Virus record (IMG/VR): IMGVR_UViG_3300036943_000251
Location: 1 to 39,077 of that record
Length of the DNA: 39,077 nucleotides
Strand: one strand, 5' to 3'
Origin: a virus
Lineage: Duplodnaviria; Caudoviricetes
A model generated the notes under the pieces. It saw nothing but the letters and a program-made list of their open reading frames with translations, did not search any database and had not been told where the DNA came from. The stretch's first letter is position 1, and every line of letters begins with the position of its first letter. Shown here piece after piece: positions 34,374 to 39,077 of the stretch. A program made the position numbers and the translations under genes.

Positions 34374-34721
34374 ATGAACAAAAAAATCATGATTTTCCTG
34401 GGACAATATAATGGTAAATCAACTTTAATAAATTTTTTTACAGAAAAAAACAATATAAGCCATATAGATCTAAACAATAGGTTTGCCTTACAGGATTTGT
34501 TAGGATGCGATTATCACATATCAGAAGGAAAGATACCCAACAAAGATATTTTAAAAAAGATAGTTGCGGGAGAAAAATTATTAGTGGAAAGAAAATATAG
34601 AAGCCCGATAGAACATAGGTTCGACAACATAAAATTTATTATTAACCTCCCCGATGAAGAAGTAAAAGTTCCTGATGATATTAAAAGATTGGCATATATT
34701 TATAAATTAAATATTAAATAA
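34374..34721 (+). CDS. Truncated/degenerate D5-SF3 helicase ATPase-domain protein
   Basis: IFLGQYNGKSTLI, NNRFALQDL, LKKIVAGEKLLVERKY align by eye with the 1075-2499 product. Confidence 0.7.
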   Translation: MNKKIMIFLGQYNGKSTLINFFTEKNNISHIDLNNRFALQDLLGCDYHISEGKIPNKDILKKIVAGEKLLVERKYRSPIEHRFDNIKFIINLPDEEVKVPDDIKRLAYIYKLNIK

Positions 34722-34730
34722 AAAAAATTT

Positions 34731-35297
34731 ATGGAGGAACAAAAAACAAAAACAAAAACAAAATTATTACGCCCGGTGCTACGAATTCGTACTGCCTGGC
34801 ATAAGCACAGAATACACATCATTTATTTGCTCATCATCGCCAACATCATTATTTGGGCGATAACCTACAACAAGACCAACGACTTTTACAACGATTATGT
34901 TGACCTATTAACTAAAAGCCAAGTCCGGGCGAGTACTATCAAAGAAAAAGCTCACAAGGACACACAAGCCAAGATAGGGTCCAAGCAATGGGTGCTGGAA
35001 GAAGTAAGGAGGAACAATATAGACCCAACCAAAGTTGATTGTTTAGTATCTAATGAAAGCGGGTGGGACCCTCAAGCCAGAAACACAAGCGTTCCCGGTA
35101 ACATTGATATGGGATTGTTTCAGTGGTCCACTAAATACCAAATTGACCCCGGCTTTATCTCTATCGGCTGTATCGGAAACGTGGAATGCGAGACCTATAA
35201 ATTTATAGAAAAAGTCAAGCAAGACAAAAACTTTTCCGCCTGGCACGGCTACACTCACAATTGCCAGTGGTTGGGAACCGATCCATTTATCAATTAA
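34731..35297 (+). CDS. Membrane-anchored lytic transglycosylase (SLT-like)
   Basis: N-terminal TM; ES catalytic motif (SNESGWDPQARN), GLFQ, SAW. Confidence 0.8.
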   Translation: MEEQKTKTKTKLLRPVLRIRTAWHKHRIHIIYLLIIANIIIWAITYNKTNDFYNDYVDLLTKSQVRASTIKEKAHKDTQAKIGSKQWVLEEVRRNNIDPTKVDCLVSNESGWDPQARNTSVPGNIDMGLFQWSTKYQIDPGFISIGCIGNVECETYKFIEKVKQDKNFSAWHGYTHNCQWLGTDPFIN

Positions 35298-35306
35298 ATT
35301 AAAACT

Positions 35307-35474
35307 ATGCTAAAACCACAATCACCGCAACAATTCTACCACCACATGAAAGAGCTCAACACCCCTTACACCTGCCCCAAATGCAACCAGCCGGGCAAGA
35401 CCCAAGAGGAACGCCTATTTGTTGAAGACATCGGGGCATGCTATGTTTGTGATAAGTTATCACTGGAGTCATAA
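35307..35474 (+). CDS. Small zinc-finger protein (55 aa)
   Basis: Read manually: CPKC...CYVC. Confidence 0.65.
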   Translation: MLKPQSPQQFYHHMKELNTPYTCPKCNQPGKTQEERLFVEDIGACYVCDKLSLES

Positions 35475-35482
35475 AGCTAACT

Positions 35483-35556
35483 AAGATAAAGGAAATAGAC
35501 AACACCCTAACCAAGAAAAAGGATTATAAAATATTAGTCATAAATAAATACTTATG
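35483..35556 (+). repeat. 74-bp direct repeat, copy A (intergenic relic)
   Basis: 69/74 identical to 36991-37064. Confidence 0.9.
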
Positions 35557-35739
35557 TCTTTAAAACAACAAATTCATACAGAGTGTGGTGGTAGTATAGT
35601 TTTATCAAAAATTGAAAATAATTATTTTCTTGTTTGTGATGAATGTGAAAAAAAATGGAAGCTATCTGTTGGTAAAAATTGTTTTGGGGAGTGGAGGGAT
35701 ATAAGGAAGGAAGAAATAAGGGTGAGATTTGGGGAATAA
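35554..35739 (+). CDS. Small zinc-ribbon protein
   Basis: HTECGG...CDEC. Confidence 0.7.
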   Translation: MSLKQQIHTECGGSIVLSKIENNYFLVCDECEKKWKLSVGKNCFGEWRDIRKEEIRVRFGE

Positions 35740-35768
35740 ACAAATATTAAATAATTAAATAAACACCT

Positions 35769-36029
35769 ATGAGAGAAATTAAATTCAGAGCTTGTGATTT
35801 TAAAAAAGACGAGAATGTTGAAGTTGATGATAAAAGAGATGTTGCCCAAGGGCCCAAGACCTACGCCAAACAGAATCTTTACCTTAAAATCAAGAAAGAA
35901 TCACAAAACAATGAGCCTGACGAGGAGACGATAATAGATGTCATCTCCCGTAAAACAGGCGTTAACATACAATCTTTAAACGAATTAACCGAGGATAAGT
36001 GCAAGGAGCTAATCACTCTTTGGGCTTAA
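35769..36029 (+). CDS. Chimeric ORF with YopX-like N-terminus
   Basis: MREIKFRACD resembles the YopX start MREIKFRAWD; remainder is not YopX-like. Confidence 0.55.
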   Translation: MREIKFRACDFKKDENVEVDDKRDVAQGPKTYAKQNLYLKIKKESQNNEPDEETIIDVISRKTGVNIQSLNELTEDKCKELITLWA

Positions 36030-36039
36030 CTCAAAACCT

Positions 36040-36300
36040 ATGAAACCAATTAAGAAAGAATTCTTAAAAGTTGTTACCGGTAATTTTACCAACCAACAAG
36101 GAGAGCAAAAGAATGTTTACAAGACCATTGGAGAGCTGACCATTTTCTAAGACCAAAACGGCAATACATTCCAGGGGGCGGAAATTTACCATATGCCGGG
36201 GGTGAGGGTGAAAGTCTTTGAAGCGGAGCAGAAAGCACCGAGCCAAGCACCGCAAGCACCTTCGGAAGATGATGTGGAAACACAAAACATTCCTTTTTAA
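36040..36300 (+). pseudogene. SSB-like gene interrupted by in-frame TAA (36148-36150)
   Basis: MKPIKK...FTNQQGEQKNVYKTIGELTIF*DQNG...SEDDVETQNIPF; frame continues to an acidic IPF tail. Confidence 0.7.
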
Positions 36301-36320
36301 TTTATTAACCTTAAACCACT

Positions 36321-36689
36321 ATGCAAGAATTAGAACAAACATTAAATACAATTAAAAAATTAGAAGATGAAAAATCTTTATTGGAGGAAAAAATAAAAAG
36401 TGAAAGAGAAAAGGTCTTTAATAAATTGGAAGAAGAGCAGTTGGGTCAATATAAAAGTGATATAGCCACGGTTTCTTATGTGGAAAAGAAAACATTAAAA
36501 TTTGAAGAAGATAAAGAAAACATATTGCAAAAGATAGAAGAACAGGGGCTACGAAAATATTATGATATTATCCCTGAGCATAAAGAGTTAAACAAAACCT
36601 TTGATAAAGATATTAAAGACGGAAAAGTAAATTTGGATGGAGTAAACGTTGAAGTTAAGAAGATGCCAATGATAAGATTTAATAAATAA
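36321..36689 (+). CDS. Coiled-coil protein, Gp157/Gam-like (putative)
   Basis: N-terminal coiled coil, then ELNK...IKDG...DGV pattern. Confidence 0.5.
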   Translation: MQELEQTLNTIKKLEDEKSLLEEKIKSEREKVFNKLEEEQLGQYKSDIATVSYVEKKTLKFEEDKENILQKIEEQGLRKYYDIIPEHKELNKTFDKDIKDGKVNLDGVNVEVKKMPMIRFNK

Positions 36690-36690
36690 T

Positions 36691-37065
36691 ATGTCCCTTA
36701 AGAGTAAAATAATTGAATACCTTAACAACACCCCTGGGGCTGTCCACGGCGGAGAAATAGAAAGGATAGCCCAGGGGTGGGGCTACAAAGCCAGCACCGC
36801 AAGCAGGAGATGCAGGGAGTTGGCGGACGAGGGCAAGATTGAAAGAGCGGAGAACGAAAAAGGGCAGGTTGTTTACAGGAGAAAGAAGCAAAATCTTTAT
36901 ACTAAAAAGGATCAAGAGCTTAATGAAATGCTAATGAGTATCAGGAAAAGGTTAGTATCCGACACCGCCAACCTCTGGTACAACCAAGACAAGATAAAGG
37001 AAATAGACAACATCTTAACCAAGAAAAAGGATTATAAAATATTAGTTATAAATAAGCACTTATGA
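36691..37065 (+). CDS. Winged-helix DNA-binding protein
   Basis: GYKASTASRRCRELADEGKIER. Confidence 0.7.
   Translation: MSLKSKIIEYLNNTPGAVHGGEIERIAQGWGYKASTASRRCRELADEGKIERAENEKGQVVYRRKKQNLYTKKDQELNEMLMSIRKRLVSDTANLWYNQDKIKEIDNILTKKKDYKILVINKHL
36991..37064 (+). repeat. 74-bp direct repeat, copy B (3' end of wHTH gene)
   Basis: 69/74 identical to 35483-35556. Confidence 0.9.
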
Positions 37066-37238
37066 TTAAATATCCAATAAATAATTTTAGAGGACTTAAG
37101 CAGGGATTGATAATTGAAGTATTGGAAGGAGAGGGAACTGAAGAAAGCGTGGCAAGAATAGTTTATTATATTTATTCCGAAGATGGAAATTATATAGGGA
37201 AAATAGATTCTTCCCCTGAAGAAGACACTAATAATTAA
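37062..37238 (+). CDS. Hypothetical protein (58 aa)
   Basis: Read manually: MIKYPINNFRG...GEGTEESVARIVYYIYSEDG..IGKID; ATGA overlap. Confidence 0.7.
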   Translation: MIKYPINNFRGLKQGLIIEVLEGEGTEESVARIVYYIYSEDGNYIGKIDSSPEEDTNN

Positions 37239-37252
37239 ATAATTAAATAATT

Positions 37253-37555
37253 ATGACATTAAGTAAAAGACAAAATATGAGGGAAATGAAAGGAGAGTGG
37301 GAAAAATGTTGGAAGATAAACCAAACTCCACCGTTGGAAGTATATGAAACGCACATCAATTATTTCGGTGAAAATATCCGCATTGACGTTTTAGATGATA
37401 TTATTAAGCGTAAGGAAAAGCGATTGGATATTTTAAAAGAGGCGGATGAAAATATCCGCATTGACGTTTTAGATGATATTATTAAGCGTAAGGAAAAGCG
37501 ATTGGATATTTTAAAAGAGGCGAAAGAAATTTGGGATAAAGAATTTAAAAAATAA
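37253..37555 (+). CDS. Hypothetical protein with internal 26-aa duplication
   Basis: ENIRIDVLDDIIKRKEKRLDILKEA x2. Confidence 0.7.
   Translation: MTLSKRQNMREMKGEWEKCWKINQTPPLEVYETHINYFGENIRIDVLDDIIKRKEKRLDILKEADENIRIDVLDDIIKRKEKRLDILKEAKEIWDKEFKK
37369..37522 (+). repeat. Exact tandem duplication, period 78 bp
   Basis: 37369-37444 identical to 37447-37522. Confidence 0.95.
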
Positions 37556-37565
37556 ATAAACACCT

Positions 37566-38258
37566 ATGAACATTGAAACAAACAAAGTACGGGTAATTTC
37601 TAATACAACAAGTGAAAACTTTAAAGAAATAAATAAAATGATAGGAGGTGAATATAAAGTTATAGATAGTCTTTATGAAAGGAACGAGGTTCTTGTTTGG
37701 AATAATAAAGAGGGTGAAGATATTTGGTTCAACAAATCCGACGTCCGCTTCCTCACCCCTATAAAGTTTAAAGACAGACACGTGGCTATCGGGGATAAGA
37801 TTAAAACACATATTGGCTGGGAAGATGTTATTAGTTTTTATACTCAGCATCATAAAACTACTTATTTAATAACGGAAACTGTTGATTATAGAGTTTTATG
37901 TCTTAGAAATGAAGAAACAATTGAAGACCACGACCCCGGAATAGAAACAGACGACAAAACCGAAGAAGATATAGGGAAACATTATAAACAAGGAAGACAA
38001 GATGAATGGGAAAGATGTGTTAATTTATTAGATTTTGATCACTCAGAATGTCCTGAACCAACAAGTTGTATAGGATATCAAAGTGCACAAAGTGATTTAA
38101 TGAACAATCCTCCTAATATAAAAGAGGAAATAAAAGGAGGAGGGGGTGGGGAAGAGGCGAAAGAACTTTTAAGACAAATGGGGGAAAATGAATCCGAAGA
38201 AGTAAAAAAAGCCGTGGAAACTTTAACAAGACAAGGATACAAAGTAACTTTGGAATAA
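37566..38258 (+). CDS. Hypothetical protein
   Basis: 230-aa ORF, mosaic-looking, no recognisable family. Confidence 0.7.
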   Translation: MNIETNKVRVISNTTSENFKEINKMIGGEYKVIDSLYERNEVLVWNNKEGEDIWFNKSDVRFLTPIKFKDRHVAIGDKIKTHIGWEDVISFYTQHHKTTYLITETVDYRVLCLRNEETIEDHDPGIETDDKTEEDIGKHYKQGRQDEWERCVNLLDFDHSECPEPTSCIGYQSAQSDLMNNPPNIKEEIKGGGGGEEAKELLRQMGENESEEVKKAVETLTRQGYKVTLE

Positions 38259-38277
38259 AAAATAACCTAAAATAAAT

Positions 38278-38838
38278 ATGACGAATAATCAGGTTTATTA
38301 TGAACAGGGAGGAGGTGATGAGCAATATACACCAAGGTATGGAGTAGAGGTTTTACTTCCACATATACAACATTTAAAAGATAAGATAATTTGGTGTCCG
38401 TTTGATAAAGAAGATAGTCAGTTTGTAAAAGTTTTGAAAGAAAATGGTTTTAAAGTTGTCTATTCTCATATTGATTATGGACAAAATTTTTTAGAATATG
38501 AACCTAAGAAATGGGACGTTTTGATAAGTAATCCCCCTTATAAAAACAAAAGATATTATTGGGAAAGAGCATTAGACCTTAAAAAATCATTTGCCCTGTT
38601 ATTACCTTTAAATATTCTTTCTGATAGTGTAATAAATACTACAATGCGAAAGCGAGAGCGAGAGTTTCAGTTGCTTATTCCAAGTAAGAGAATGAGATTT
38701 TATAATGTTTTGACTGGTGAAACTGGAAATCAGCCGACATTTAAAGCAAGTTATTTTGGCGTCAACTTTTTTAAACAACAAATAATTTTAGCTGAAATTG
38801 AATTAAATAATAATAGGAAATTACCTTTAGCGGCTTAA
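38278..38838 (+). CDS. Phage N6-adenine DNA methyltransferase
   Basis: DEQYTP, IIWCPFD, GQNF, ISNPPY, FALLLP. Confidence 0.8.
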   Translation: MTNNQVYYEQGGGDEQYTPRYGVEVLLPHIQHLKDKIIWCPFDKEDSQFVKVLKENGFKVVYSHIDYGQNFLEYEPKKWDVLISNPPYKNKRYYWERALDLKKSFALLLPLNILSDSVINTTMRKREREFQLLIPSKRMRFYNVLTGETGNQPTFKASYFGVNFFKQQIILAEIELNNNRKLPLAA

Positions 38839-38901
38839 AAATAAACTAAAATAACTATGGATTGGAAAAGGATATTTCGTTTTCTAAATTCATCTAAACT
38901 T

Positions 38902-39077
38902 ATGTCAAAAAACAATACAGGAATAAATAACAGCGGAGACAGGAACAGCGGAGACTGGAACAGCGGAGACAATAACAGCGGATACAGGAACAGTGGACAC
39001 AGGAACAGCGGAGACAGGAACAGCGGAGACTGGAACAGCGGATACAGGAACAGCGGAGACAGGAACAGCGGAGACAG
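38902..39077 (+). CDS. Pentapeptide-repeat protein (NSGDx)n, truncated by window end
   Basis: 15-bp tandem units AACAGCGGAGACNGG encoding NSGDR/NSGDW; alternative in-frame ATG at 38857. Confidence 0.8.
   Translation, partial: MSKNNTGINNSGDRNSGDWNSGDNNSGYRNSGHRNSGDRNSGDWNSGYRNSGDRNSGD

Larger units (their letters stand above)
1..39077. mobile_element. Tailed dsDNA bacteriophage genome, podovirus-like (partial/near-complete)
   Basis: Co-oriented TerS-TerL-portal-scaffold-capsid-tail-ejection operon, opposite a replication block and a short-gene early region; no host housekeeping genes, no integrase, no tape-measure/sheath genes seen. Confidence 0.96.

Noticed and set aside
35483-37064. Diversity-generating retroelement TR/VR pair
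   Set aside because: Mismatches are mostly C/T on the + strand and only five; no reverse transcriptase, and the gene is not a receptor-binding protein
1-39077. Stop-codon reassignment (code 25/15)
   Set aside because: Genes are full length in code 11, TGA is used in ATGA overlaps, and the only interrupted gene has TAA, the dominant stop

Overview
The whole window is a large, probably near-complete part of a low-GC tailed dsDNA phage genome with podovirus-like (P22-type) gene order. There are three coding blocks and one control region. (1) A + strand replication/recombination block (~628-6972): P4/D5-family SF3 helicase, stand-alone degenerate CHC2 domain, SSB-like protein, RecE-like exonuclease, GroES-like protein, SF2 helicase and RecU-like nuclease. 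(2) A - strand virion/lysis operon (31147 to 6974): TerS, TerL, portal, scaffold, capsid, fibres, papain-like peptidase, holin-like proteins, tail tube/nozzle and ejection proteins. (3) A 1.6-kb non-coding control region with G tracts, a 21/22-bp tandem array and an iteron-type origin. (4) A + strand early/accessory region (32740-39077) of short genes, including an SLT, an adenine MTase and a decayed second replication module. I found no integrase, DNA polymerase, tRNA, RT or CRISPR array. Most genes lack Shine-Dalgarno motifs, which fits (by inference only) a Patescibacteria/CPR-like host. The best candidate novel system is a set of structured RNAs, led by a C4/CI-like three-way-junction RNA just upstream of the helicase gene that has a complementary bipartite site next to it. 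Other notable items are a separately promoted degenerate mini-copy of the helicase ATPase domain and virion proteins with N-terminal leaders ending in LG[G/S] next to a papain-like protease. All protein calls come from motif recognition and synteny; no database searches were run.
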